From Haliotis rufescens (Eukaryota), in NCBI RefSeq assembly GCF_023055435.1, contig NW_025964223.1, positions 11,780,001-11,844,000 of the forward strand: 64,000 nucleotides of DNA, written 5' to 3'. Positions within the stretch are counted from its first letter, which is position 1. Each line of letters opens with the position of its first letter. The translations under genes and the position numbers were made by a program. Below the pieces are notes generated by a model that ran no database searches, was not told the origin of the DNA, and worked only from the letters and a program-made list of their open reading frames with translations. Shown piece by piece: positions 13,684-27,200 of the stretch.

Positions 13684-13845
13684 TGGGGCGGTCGGATGGC
13701 CTAGTGGTTAAAGCGTTCGCTCGTCACGCCAAAGATCCGGGTTCGATTCCCGACATGGGTACAATGTGTGAAGCCCTTTTCTGGTGTCCCCCGCCGTGAT
13801 ATTGCTGGAATATTGCTAAACGCGGCGTAAAATCAAACTCACTCA
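13684..13845 (+). mobile_element. Short tRNA(Asp-like)-derived SINE (family D); degenerate copy near 52990-53070
   Basis: A box TGGCCTAGTGG, GTC anticodon-like loop, B box GGTTCGATTCC, tail GCGGCGTAAAA..(CACT)n, 13-bp TSD CTCTTCGAAGATC. Confidence 0.88.
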
Positions 13846-14768
13846 CTCTTCGAAGATCGTATCAAAAAGGAATAGAATGTACACGGCAGAAAATTTCGTT
13901 TCACAGATAATTTATTCATGTTGTTTTGTTGATTCTTATAACGGCAAGTATTTGAAGATTGGTCCCGGATTGTTATTCCGTTTATCAAGAATCCTAATGT
14001 AAAACGGTATTCTGATGGGTGTGTGCGTGTGTGCCATACGGACATTACAAATCAAACAAAATAAATAGAGTAAACAGTTTTCGAAGGTTCAGTTTCTAAC
14101 TCTTCGAATGTCAGACTGACTGCTACTAAGGAAACAATAAATCTATGAACAATTACCATGTGATCGGTAATTTGCAATTAAAAAATATAACTATGCAATC
14201 GTGATCTGTTTACGGCTCAGTGTATGTATGGTTGAACGATTTTAATACCCGAAATAGACTTACATAAAACTTACAAAAGCAAGATCACTTTACTAGACCA
14301 CATGAAAAACCGTCCCGAAATATGTATTCCACACGCTTTTATTAACAAAATGTTAACAAACAATCATGAAGTAAACAAGCAAATTATAGTTGACATAAGA
14401 ACGGAAGGTCCGGAGTCATGCAAAAAGACATTTATAATAGATACTTGTTGTTACCCTGCCTGGCGTTCGACAGTAAGGGGGCAAAACAAGGAATGTTCGG
14501 TTTAGAATCAGTATAATGTGTCGGAGTGAATTATCTATGTTAAACTGCGCCATGGTATCTAAGTGGGCCAGCACTATAAAACTGGTATTTCTCCAGACTT
14601 GAACAAGCTGCCACATGCCCATCGTTAAGTGCAATAATCTTTCACTCGACCCCATTTCACTCAACATGTATGAAAATGATATCGTGACCACCATAGGTGT
14701 TCGGTATCCTTTTCTAACATTATTTCATTTAATCTTTTCCAGATGTAACGGCAAATGAATAGTCCAGG

Positions 14769-17700
14769 ATGGGCTGCCTAAATAGATGCTTCGAGGCTGT
14801 GTCTGGCTTCTTCAAGAGGATTTTCACAAAGATCGGTGTTTTCATTGGCACCTACCCAGTTGTACTGGTAGTTGCCTCACTTTCAGTAACCCTTTGTCTC
14901 AGCTGTGGTATGATAACATTGTCCAACGAGACTGACACAGAGACCCTGTACACGCCCATTAACAGCAGAGCATCACAAGACAGAGTTCAGTACCAGGCCA
15001 CGTTCCCAGACGCCACGGGAAGCAACTACCGAGGACATGCACTGTCAGATCTCGGCATGTATGGCCGACTTGTAGTGAGCAGCTCGACAGATGTAAATGT
15101 ACTGTCCAATGCACCCATGCAAGAAATAAGGAATCATATAAGCACAATAAAAGATATCAGTATTACATATGATGGGGTGGTGATCAAGTATGATGATATC
15201 TGTGCTCGACAAAACGGGAGTTGTTTTGCTTCAGGAGAGTTCCTCACAACAGATGATGTATATAATGCTTATCTGTCTGGTGGAATCACCTACCCAAACT
15301 GGAATAACATAGACATATCAGCATTTCTTGGACAGGTTAATTATACAGGTGGAACAGTGGTATCAGCAAAGTACCTGAGTGTCACGTTTAATTTACGAAT
15401 GGACTCAACGGTTAACAAGGCAAAAGCAAGAGCGTGGGAAGAAGCGTTCCTGAAGAGAGCAGCAAGTTTAAACACAACATCTACAAGGATAAACTATGCT
15501 GCCTCCCATTCCTTAGACACAGAGTTGAACAAAAACACAAACGGAGACATCGTGTTCTTCTCTATAACCTTCACGTTGATGATCACGTATGCCACTGTCG
15601 TCGCCGGAGGTGATGTGGTGTCATCGAGGACGTGGGCATCATGGGCTGGCGTTATGGCGGCTGGATTTGGCATCATGTCATCGTTTGGACTTGTCAGCCT
15701 TTGTGGTGTAAAGTTTGTCAATATCGTCGGTGTAACACCATTTCTGATCATAGGTACGCTAAAGTAGTTTGATAATAGAGTTACAGAATACAGATATGAG
15801 GTAAAGGTCAGACATATTATATTTAAGTAGCTTTGTCACATTAGTCGCACTTTGAATCTCCCATTATGTGATGCGAAACAAATCATAAGTCACATCCTCT
15901 TATTGATGAAGGTATCGGTGTGGACGACATGTTCCTGTTGATGTCCAGCTGGGCGGAGACCTACCCTCACCGAGACAAGACCGTCGCCGAGAGGATGGGA
16001 ATAACCTTTGCCTCAGCGGGTATCGGTATCACCATCACGTCCCTCACTGATCTCCTGGCCTTCTTAACTGGCGTGTCTTCTGTGTTTCTCAGTGTGAGGA
16101 ACTTCTGTGTATACACAGGTTAGTATGATGTATATCAGCCCCAAACCAGTTACACCTACCTGGCTTCAATTAAGATGTCAATTACCATCTGTCTCTATAC
16201 AGGTTAGTGGTTTCCATAGAGTATGTTCGTATTAATGGACCTCTCTGAGCAGGTTAATTTCTCCGCTTCAGCGTGTGTTGTACATTCTTTGTGTTCAGGT
16301 TGATGATGTATAGTCGGAATCGTACCAGGCATTCTTCTTTTAATAGAGATTTCTTATCGTTATCGAAATGGTTTTGTTGCTTTTTGTTCATTTTATAATT
16401 TCACAATTCTTAAATTCTCTGGGCAGCATTTTAGCAATCACGCCAAAAGAGCAGGTTCTCTTCTCCCCTGTAGTCCATTCGTGTCATGGTGTTAATTTAT
16501 ATATTCTTCTCGTTCACAGGAGTGGCCGTCATCTTCTGCTACCTGTACCAGTGCCTCTTCTTCTCCCCCTGCCTTGCCATCCATGGCCGTCGGGTTAACA
16601 GTAACAGACACTGCATGACCTGCCTCAAAACTAAATCCAGAGACCAACTCAGGAACGATGATGCCTCTACCTGTAGAGTGTTCTGCTGTGGAGGCTCACC
16701 ACCAACAGAGAGGGGACAGGATGAACGATTCTTTGAGACACTGCCACGAAAGTACCTGCCACAAATGTTACTGTGTGTGGGGGGGAAGGTAATTGTGATT
16801 GTGCTATTCTTGGCCTACCTCGGAGTGTCAATATGGGGAACATTGAACTTTAAACAAGGTTTGATTCTGAAGAACCTGGTCTCCACAGATTCATACTATC
16901 ATTCCTATAGTGAGATATATGATGCATACTTCTCGAGTGCTTTCCCTGTCCCGTTTGTATTTGGCCCAACAACAAATTACAGAGACAAGAATACTGTAGA
17001 TAATATCGAGTCTCTGATCAATAGTGCAAAAACAGACTCTGGAGTAGATCAGAATTCGTTGATTTGCTGGTTCGATTCTTATAGATCAACAACTCTTTAT
17101 GACAACAGCAGCACTACAGCTTTTATATCGGGATTGAAAACATTTTTTACAACAACCACAGTATTTGATAACGATGTTGTATTTGACGCAACTGATACTG
17201 ATATCAAAGCTTCCCGATGTTATCTTTTATCAACAAATATTAAAGAATCCAACGCTCAAGCTGATGTTATGGTTCGAATGCGAGCTCTGGCAGACAACTC
17301 ACCTCTCTCTGTCTACACCTTCCACCCAGCCTATATCTTCTTTGAGCAGTATGTTGCTATCCTACCCAGTACACTACAAACTGTGGGCGTGGCACTGGTC
17401 GTCATGACTGTGGTCACCTGCATCTTTCTTCCTCATCCTCTTCTGGTTTTCCTTGTCGTCCTGAACATAGTTTCTATCCTCGTTGGCATCTTCGGGTTCC
17501 TTTACATCTGGGGACTGAGTCTCAGCTCAGTGACAATGATCCATCTCATCATGTCTGTCGGCTTCTCGGTGGACTTCAGTGTGCACGTGTGCTCTGCCTA
17601 TATGATTGGAGAAGGAAGAAACAGGAGAGAGAAAACCGAATCTTCCATTGTCCATGCAGCTGGTCCCATATTAAACGGCGGAATGTCATCCTTTCTGGGC

Positions 17701-17973
17701 ATTCTTGTGCTAGTGTTCTCAAAGTCCTACATCTTCAACTCCTTCTTCAAGATCATGTTCACAGTGATCCTGTTCGGCATGCTGCATGCTGTGTTCCTCC
17801 TCCCTGTGATATTGTCCATCCTTGGCCCTGTAACCAAAACTTTCGTAAGTCCTACAAGCTCACGTCCACCGACACCTCCCCCAGATTACCCCGTTCAGAT
17901 TCGATTCCTAACCTTGACTCAAGATATCATCGTTGTGTCATCTGGGCCATATTCCGATCTAACAGGCATGTAA
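14769..17973 (+). CDS. PTCHD3: Patched domain-containing protein (PTCHD3/PTR-like RND-family sterol-sensing membrane protein), copy A; coding exons 14769-15753, 15912-16118, 16520-17973; about 881 aa
   Basis: Three ORF-track segments join in frame through GT..AG introns (phase 1 at both). The junction rebuilds the TM4 motif PFLIIGIGVDDMF. The last exon has the TM10 motif SVGFSVDFSVH and the typical TM cluster. Two large luminal loops contain Cys and N-glycosylation sequons. The symbol is a family-level call; orthology was not tested. Confidence 0.92.
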
Positions 17974-20900
17974 CCAACTATATCATAAGTCCTGCAAGCT
18001 CGCCTCCTATAGACGACATATAACAAAGACCACTGGTAATACGCAACATTATTACATGTGTTCGTTTCAGGATTGAGAATTTTAAAAAATTTAACACATA
18101 CACAAAAATAAAAGACATACACCTAAATATTCATTGTCCTCCCTCTCAACACACAGATACCTAAACTAGAATATTTCTGTCAAATCCAATGAGATGTAAA
18201 TCCACAATACTAGTATTTGAGAAAGAAATAACATGTATGTATTAACCTCAGCAATACAGAGAAAGAGTACATACTCTCTGTTCTGAAATATGTTACTGTT
18301 GGTGTGCTGTGGTTTGCAAATAATATGACATTTATACCAATTGGGTTTCTACTGTCCCAATATTCATTCAGATAGTATGGTCATCTACTTATGTGTGTCC
18401 CTTGGGCACGCCAGAAACCTATGATCGTGGGTTCGAATCCCGGTTCGCCCCGATTATGTTTCTAGGTTTGTCAGCACCATAACCGTGCTCGTGGGTTTCA
18501 CCAAAGTGGTAAACGTCTGAGACCTGCATCACTTCGGGCTTTCCTCCCACATTAAGCTGACACGCCGCGATATAACTGGAATACTGTTAAAAAGCGGCGT
18601 TAAACCCAACTCACTCACTCACTCACTCACTCACTTATGTGTGTTTAACTGTCTTAGTGTGCCCATTTTATTTCTCTATGTTGATTTCGTAGTACATCTG
18701 TCCATGTACATAAACCATATAATTATCATGAAATAGGTTCACAGTTTGGTAACATGTGTAACAGGAAGAAGGTTTTTTGTTCATCTACCAGAGATGGACA
18801 TTGTAAAAAAGTACCTGCCAAACTGTGTGTACACTACCACCAATTATTGATCTGGTGTCTGTATAACTACAACACTAGAACCATTGATCATTGATTATTT
18901 AATGCTATGTGGATGACTTTCTTTGTCATGTATTGCCTTCCCTACTGTGATATATGAATAAACCAGTCTGTTATCTTTGTTATATTCTTGACACTTCACC
19001 GATTCATACAAACATCCACGAAAAAACAAAACAATTTCCATGATCATAGAAAGTCTCTAGTCAAAACGAAAATCCATTTTCCGACTAATTCATAAGCATG
19101 TGTTTATGAATCACTATAGTGATGGCACTAGGTCTTTGTGAGGGTGAGAAAGTGAGAAAGTGAGCGTATCCTTCCCCCACGGTAACGCCCGTGACAAACA
19201 CATGCAAATGCAAGCCAATTCTTCATCTTCACGCAAACAAGTCAAAATAGGGAATATCATCGGTCAAATGTGGAAATGTTCTCTATATATCTACCATAAA
19301 ATGTTTTAAACTTTACGAAAACCTCGAAAGCTTAAACCTTGATGAAACAACTTTTGAGGATGAGTCGTATGGCGTTTTTTGATATCTTCGTAGAAAGAGA
19401 AGACCCGATTGAACCTCAAAAGCTGTGAAATGTAGACACCAAAGGTTGCATATTGCTCGACAGGTAGGGAAGGTTGAAGACATCCCTCTTGTCATACAGA
19501 CTTGTGAATAGCTTTTGTCTCTTTGAATTTGTATCCATTGATTTAAATATGAAACAGAGGAGTTTCATTGGTCTCTTTCAGGTGAGTGAGTGAGAGGGAA
19601 TCGGCTATTTGATCATTAGAGAACGATATCAAATTATACTGTGTGCGTGTGTGCGCACATGGGAATACATGGGTTGGCTTGGCGTAGATATAGTAAGTGA
19701 ACGAGTGAGTATGGTTTTACGCCGCTTTTAACAATATTCCAGCAACATGTGTGAGTGTGTGTGTGTTGGGGGGGGGGGGGGGGGTGTCATTCCTTGCTGT
19801 TTACCTCGGTTAGGACATATTATGGTTCTGAAGAATATTAATGCAATTTTAGATACCTGCGTACTACCTGTACAATAAAAGCAGTGGTGGGGTAACATAA
19901 TCTTGAGGAATTAATGACAAACACTGGGACCTTTGCCGCCACACATCGGCTTTATCGCCTGTAATATGATAAATAGGCCGATTTCCTTGTCATGTGCCTT
20001 GCGTGAGAGGCGACGAGTATCCCTGCCTTTTCCTCTTAACTTCTCTTATCAAGCACATGAACTTTTGGATCACTCGTAAGCCTGCATTAATCTTGTTGTT
20101 GTTGTTGTTGTTGTTTATTCAGCAAGGTTACGTAGGTCATCGGCCCATGTTACAGCAGTTGTATAGCAGCCATTGTTGTAATTACAATTACAATTGTCCT
20201 TAATTACATAGACTTATTAATAAACATATCAAAATTTCTTATGATATCAAGACGTTGGCTTTTATGTAATGCGGGAAATACATAGAAGTTTCTTGGAATA
20301 TACTGTTCACGCTATTAGGCATACACCTTGCATACAAATAAGAAATGATACTCATCCTCAACAAAACCTTTTTTTACAAACATTGCAGAACCTTTCGCTT
20401 CCTCGGAACATTTGCATATCTGCCAGTCTCAATTTTTAGTTCGTGAGAACTACGTCTAAACTTAGCTAAAGCTACATGAAATTTGTGGATAGAAATATAC
20501 TTAATATAATACTCTTGAAACGCTATAGATTTTTACATAAAGTAATTGAATGTTTTTGCACCATGTGACAAGGATGCATGCCATTCTTGCTGATAAATAC
20601 ATTTTGCTCTTACCATTAATTCTGATAAAATTAATTAAATACTACCAATACTCTGATTATCCCAAACTTAGCCAATAATTTAATGCTGTCCATAATTTTA
20701 TACTTCTCCAGGTAAGTAAGAATCATCAATGACATTGGCGGACGCTCTACCACTAGACCACGAAGGCGTTCTAATATCACAAAGGATACGATTGCAAGAT
20801 AACAGCTAACTAATCAAAATCGAGACGTATATACGGTTATTGTATAATTGACATAAATTCGGTGGAATCCTTTCGAAACAAACATAGTGTACTTATATTT

Positions 20901-22191
20901 TATACCAGCAAAATCTGCATTTCAGTGTTCAAAAGAATGTAAATACAAACTGAGCTGGCCAATTTTTATGAAAGCCTATAAACACCTGTAAACACATTTT
21001 GGCAGTGGGAAAAGATTAATGAGAGACATGGCAATGCATTTCTTTGTCAATGAAGGACACGGAAGACCAAGTCGTCTACGGTGCCACAATAGCTGTGCAG
21101 AGTTGCGTAACAAGGGAACGCGAGAAATCTATAAATTCGAATGATCAAATCGAAACTCCGTCACCCTTTGGTCACGTTTTGGCTTCTAATTTCCGTTGGT
21201 GATATGCGACACATTCTGTACAGTATACAGAGACATTTTGTGCGTGTGTGATCCTTGCCGTCTTCTTGTCATATGATCCATGTGGCTGGGTGTTTAGAGA
21301 GCCAATAAGATTTAGGTGTGACTCATCTTTGGCTTGTCATGCCAGCATACCACAATCAATAGTCACATAATCAATGGTGTTATTGCATATAACTTTTTTT
21401 TATGATTTTCGATGTAATCAATTTCCAAGAACAAGGCAGTCAGTGGAAGAATCAAAAGCGTTTTTTCCTTGAAATGTGACACCAAAGAAATCAACACGAA
21501 GGCTAGTTATGTCTATCGCGTGCCAGATTTTTCTGCATGATTTCTTCTCATTTGTTTTGTAGTGGTTTATGTCACGACATTACCCAGAATGACTGCACAT
21601 TTCCTCGAAATGATTTGCATCAGGCAATGTGAGCCACGTTGTGACCTTGTGATGTATGTGAAGTTGCGATCCTTGTAGATAAATCTCAACATAAGTAAAT
21701 ACAACACTGCGTTCGCATTGTATCTTGTTATTGTTATGGTACATTCCATTGTGTACATGCGATGCAGCCATTCTTGTAGTACCTCACCGGAGAGTATTTG
21801 GCACACGGCAGAGTCTACTTTAGAGGCTGTCAGAACATCAGAACACATAGCCATAGAGTTTGACACTGCGTATTAGTCTTACTATTATTTACACATGATA
21901 TGTCTATTTTATCTGAGCGTTCATGTTACTATATACGTAGGTACACATTGCTTATTTGTTTGTTCTTTAACACCGCACTCAGCAAGACTCTGTAAATAAT
22001 CAAATCTTGACCAGACAATCCTGTAATTGACATCATGACCATCGACCCAGGCAGTTAGGAAACGTTGACATGTTTCAACCAAGTCAGACGAGCCTAATCC
22101 CGTTAGCCGCCTTTTACGACAAGCAGAGTCGCCTTTTACGGCAAGCATGGGTTGGAGAAGAGCTATTCTACGCCGGATCTTCACCGGTATG

Positions 22192-23292
22192 CACACGTTA
22201 CTATCCACGTAGATACACGTTACTATCCACATAGGTACACGTTACTATCCACGTAGGTACACATTGCTATCCGCATAGGTACACGTTACTATCCACATAG
22301 GTACACGTTACTATACACGTAGGTACACGTTACTATCCACATAGGTACACGTTACTATCCACGTAGGTACACATTGCTATCCGCGTAGGTACACATTGCT
22401 ATCCACGTAGGTACACATTGCTATCCGCGTAGGTACACGTTACTATCCACGTAGATACACGTTACTATCCACATAGGTACACGTTACTATCCACGTAGGT
22501 ACACATTGCTATCCGCATAGGTACACGTTACTATCCACATAGGTACACGTTACTATACACATAGGTACACGTTACTATCCACATAGGTACACGTTACTAT
22601 CCACGTAGGTACACATTGCTATCCGCGTAGGTACACATTGCTATCCACGTAGGTACACATTGCTATCCGCGTAGGTACACGTTACTATCCACGTAGATAC
22701 ACGTTACTATCCACATAGGTACACGTTACTATCCACGAAGGTACACATTGCTATCCGCGTAGGTACACATTGCTATCCACGTAGGTACATATTGCTATCC
22801 ACGTAGGTACACGTTACTATACACGTAGGTACACGTTACTATCCACGTAGGTACACGTTACTATCCACGTAGGTACACGTTACTTTCCACATAGGTACAC
22901 ATTACTATCCACATAGGTACACGTTACTATCCACATAGGTACACGTTGCTATCCACGTAGGTACACGTTACTATCCACGTAGGTACACGTTACTATCCAC
23001 GTAGGTACACGTTACTATCCACGTAGGTACACGTTACTATCCACATAGGTACACGTTACTATCCACATAGGTACACGTTACTATCCACATAGGTACACGT
23101 TGCTATCCACGTAGGTACACGTTACTATCCACATAGGTGCACGTTACTATCCACGTAGGTACACATTACTATCCACGTAGGTACACGTTACTATCCACGT
23201 AGGTACACGTTACTATCCATGTAGGTACACGTTACTATCCACGTAGGTACACGTTCCTATCAACGTAGGTACACATTGCCATCCGCGTAGGT
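22192..23292 (+). repeat. 22-bp minisatellite, about 50 copies
   Basis: Unit GTAGGTACACGTTACTATCCAC. Confidence 0.97.
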
Positions 23293-23642
23293 TCATGTTG
23301 CTATTACTACTGAGGTAGAAGTAGAAGTAGTTCTTTTCACTCTGGCGTAATAATTCATGTGACTGCGTTCGATCTTCTTCGCTGTCATATCAAAAGGTCG
23401 TCTCGTGAGCAATTGGAAAATAAGAATTCTTTTATATGCTTGTTGACTGGTTACAGACAGGTTGAACATTAACACAAATGATATTAGAATAGAGAGCGAT
23501 TATTGAACATCATATTATTTTTAACAGAATGACAATAAAATATTTAGTAAGGTCACGAAGCTGTTTGTCAGACAGTAGAAGATATACTTACATCAATATA
23601 TTCCTAAACGTTGTTCATGGGTGGCCAGCACAAGGTTGTTGG

Positions 23643-23950
23643 GGGGCACGGGTGGCCCAGTCGTCTAAGGCGCCGTGATTCGCTGTGCAGAGTTGCGTCC
23701 CTTGGGCATGCCAGAAACCTATGATCGTGGGTTCGAATCCCGGTTCGCCCCGATTATGTTTCTAGGTTTGTCAGCACCATAACCGTGATCGTGGGTTTCA
23801 CCGAAGTGGTAAATGTCTGAGACCTGCATCACTTCGGGCTTTCCTCCCACATTAAGCTGACACGCCGCGATATAACTGGAATACTGTTAAAAGCGGCGTT
23901 AACCCCAACTCACTCACTCACTCACTCACTCACTCACTCACTCACTCACT
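23643..23950 (+). mobile_element. tRNA-headed V-SINE-like element (family B), full length; other copies at about 18395-18635, 28803-29028, 36574-36775(-), 51930-52040, 55262-55535, 62340-62440
   Basis: A box TGGCCCAGTCG, B box GGTTCGAATCC, V-like CGTGGGTTTC..TTTCCTCCCACA, (CACT)n tail, 14-bp TSD CACAAGGTTGTTGG. Confidence 0.88.
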
Positions 23951-24240
23951 CACAAGGTTGTTGGTGTATCCACCATCTTTGGTGCAAGCATCTTCACTTA
24001 GCTTTGACAATCATAGTAAGCAACGTAGTTCATACACCGCGAATATTGCAGGAGCAGTTATATGTCTGCTAGACAACTATTTCTTTTCAGTGGACATAAA
24101 TATACCGTATTCGACGTAATAAGCGCCCACGGCGATATTTGCTATTGGCTAGTGAACAATCCCAATTAGCACAACTTACACGATCAACTGATCTATCAAG
24201 AAGAGAATTCACATTACATTATACCCGGACGTGACGTGAC

Positions 24241-27200
24241 GAGAGAGATTTGAGGGATTTTACGACCGCTTCAGCCGTCGGCTATTTCGCAGTCGGGGCC
24301 AGACGGGTTTTAGATAATAATATAATACTGGGGAATAGAGATGTAATCGGCTGGCCCAAAAAACTGTAAATGAAGGGGTGTAAAGAAGAAAGAAATACAG
24401 TAAAGGTGGGGAAATGGGATAAGAGAACCTAGTGACAAAGTATGACGCTGTAAGAAACCTAGTCTACTATAAGCACCTAATGGGAGAGATAAATAGTTGA
24501 ATGTGATCAGTTAAGCTGATATGCTTGTGTAATAACAGAACTGCTGAGAAATAAGATAAAAAAGAATAATGGTAGGGTAGGAAACCTACTCTAATAAACA
24601 TTGGGCTTACTTGGCTGGGGGGGGGGGGGGGGGGGGGGTCAGGCGGGAGTCGAGTAGGGTGGTAGTCGTGAGCGAGTTGGCTTGGCTTGGATAGGTGGCT
24701 GGATTAAAGAACATGGTAATGTGTGGCTGGATATGGGAGAATTTGTCGCGCGGACGTCGGAGAAGGCAATCCGCGCTAGGAATTTGGATCCCGATCCTAA
24801 ATTGCAAAAGTGGTGATTTTGTAGATGGTGGTTTTTAACTAAGATTTGTTGGGATAGGGGTGGGGGGGTAGTATTTCATTGAGGTTGATTTGGCCACTAA
24901 GCATTCTATTTATAATTTTATCCGTGATGACTGACTTTGTGAAGTTGCGGCATTTAGTGACAGGTTTAATGAAAAGAGATTTTATCCATGCGACCTTAGA
25001 ATTTTGAATATTAATTTGGAAATTTTGACTCTTTATGTTTTTTCTGATTATTGATTTGATTTCGGCCTTACTTGTGGTGAAGTTAATGCAGGGTGATGGG
25101 TGTGTGGTAGCTAATTTTGCTGCTGTGTCTGCTAAGTAATTGCCTTGTATTCCTGTGTGTGCAGGTGCCCAGAGTAGTGTTATTGTTTTGTTTGTTTCTG
25201 TGAAGTTTTTATGTATGTCTATAATAATGTTTATGATGTCTTGACGCGATTTAGATGTTTTGTTTTGAATTTGGGATAATGAGCCTAATGAGTCCGAAAT
25301 GATTAGAAAGTTAGTGTCCTTGGATTGTTTGATATAGTGATATGCACATTGGATGGTGAGTAGTTCTGCAGTGGTAGTGTGTGTGTAGTTAGTGTAATGG
25401 AAGTTTGTGGTAATGGGGACTGGTTGAGTGATTTGAATTCCTAGACCTGTGATATTCTTGTTATTTTGGGAGGCGTTAGTATAAATGTGTGTATGATTAG
25501 GCCAGTTTTGATGTATATATTGGTTTGTTTTTTGCAGTTTGTCTGTTTTGGTTAAGTCGGTTTGGGTAGTGAAGAGTTTGTGTACAAAGTACTTACTTAC
25601 TTACTTACTTTGGAGATTTAACGTGCGCTTTCCGACTGATGCGTATTTCGCACACGGGCCCGGCCAGGCCATTTCATGTGTTTCCGAAAGGGGCGAAAGT
25701 GGTCTGTGCAACCCAAGAAGGGGGTTTTAGGGGTTGCTTATATAGAATTTGGGAATTTTGAGATTTGGAATAGATGCCGATGGGATTGGGGAGGGGAACT
25801 AAGGGAGCTGGGTATGGGGGATGTTTGTTTGTTTATGTGATTTTGATTTGGTAGGTTATTGTGTTTTTAGATGCGTTTTATTAGTTCCGTTTTTATTAAG
25901 AATACACCTAAGGCCTTGAAGTTTTCTAGTTTATTTTGTGGGTTTAGTATTGCTTCTAGAGTTAGAGCCTTGTTTAGATTGAGGGTGGTTTGTAATGCGG
26001 TTCGATGTGTTAGGTAGTGTGTGCAGTGGATGAGTGCGTGTTCTGGGGTTTCTGGTTGTTTGCAGTGTGGGCAGTTACCTGTAGTGTGTTTTTAAAAAAA
26101 ATTTAGGTGGTTATTTAGGTTGGTGTGTCCTGTTTGGAGTTTAGTGATTACTCTGTCGACTTTTTTGGATGGATGGAGAATTTTTGGTTTGGTTAGTGGT
26201 TTGCTGAGCACTTTTTTGATTTGGCTATTTGAGTTTAGATATAGGTTATGCCATTTTTTTGTGATTTTTTGCTTGTTTACACTTTTAATTTCTGATTTTG
26301 AGATGGGTAAGTTTAAGCTTATTTCTGGGATTTTGAGGGATAGTTTAGCTGCTTTATCGGCGTTTTCATTACCGTATATTCCTACGTGGGCGGGTATCCA
26401 CAAGAAGGTTATTTGTTTGCCTGCCTGAGTTAGGTCGTTGGAGCTTTTAAGTATTTGATTTATTAATTTAGGTCGGTTTTTGGTATTTTTGTTTTGGAGG
26501 GCTTGCAGTCCACTGAGGGAGTCGGTAAGTATTAGGATTTTTTTGTGTTTTTTTTATTCTTGATTATGGAGGGCTGAGGCCATGCCCATTAGTTCTGCCG
26601 TGAATATTGATTGGTTGTTTGGGAGTCGGAAGGATTGTGTGGTTTTAGTTGGTTGTGTGGTATGGACTCCGAAACCTGTGTGTTTGGAGGTCGGATCTGA
26701 GGATCCGTCCGTGTAAATGTGACACCAATTTGGCCAATTTTCGTGTATGTATGCTAGTGTGGTAGTTTTAGCTATGTTTGGGTCGGTTTGTTTATTTATT
26801 TGGCTAGCTAGTGTTGTGTCTATTTTGGGTATTTTAAGTTTAGGGGTGAAGATATTTGATTGTTTGCAGTTTTGTTTAAGATTTTTAATTTGGTGTTCAT
26901 TTAGGTAGTTTGTTATTCTTTGGGATATTGGGGTAAGTAAGGGGTGTTTACGAGCTAGAGCTTGGTTTTTGGGGCTGATGTTTTGGTTTATTAAGTTTTG
27001 GATGAGAGGGTTTGATTGGGACGCGGCCCAGAAGTTTAAGCTTAGCTGTTCCCTGCGTAGACTTAGTGGCATTTCTCCTGTTAAGGCCTGAAGTGAGGTG
27101 TAGGAGGTGCCATGTTGGGTGCGTGTAATTAGTTTGAGAGCCTGATATTGTATTGAGTCAAGATTTTTAGATAGAGAGTTGTTTAGGGTGTTGTATATGG

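Noticed and set aside
13684-13760. tRNA-Asp gene, and other A/B-box hits at 23650, 42490, 54055, 55270
   Set aside because: No complete acceptor stem. They continue into SINE bodies, several with tails and TSDs.
25635-25705. CTGATGCG...GAAA as a hammerhead
   Set aside because: The core is not CUGANGA and no stems fit; it is the antisense of a retroposon 3' end
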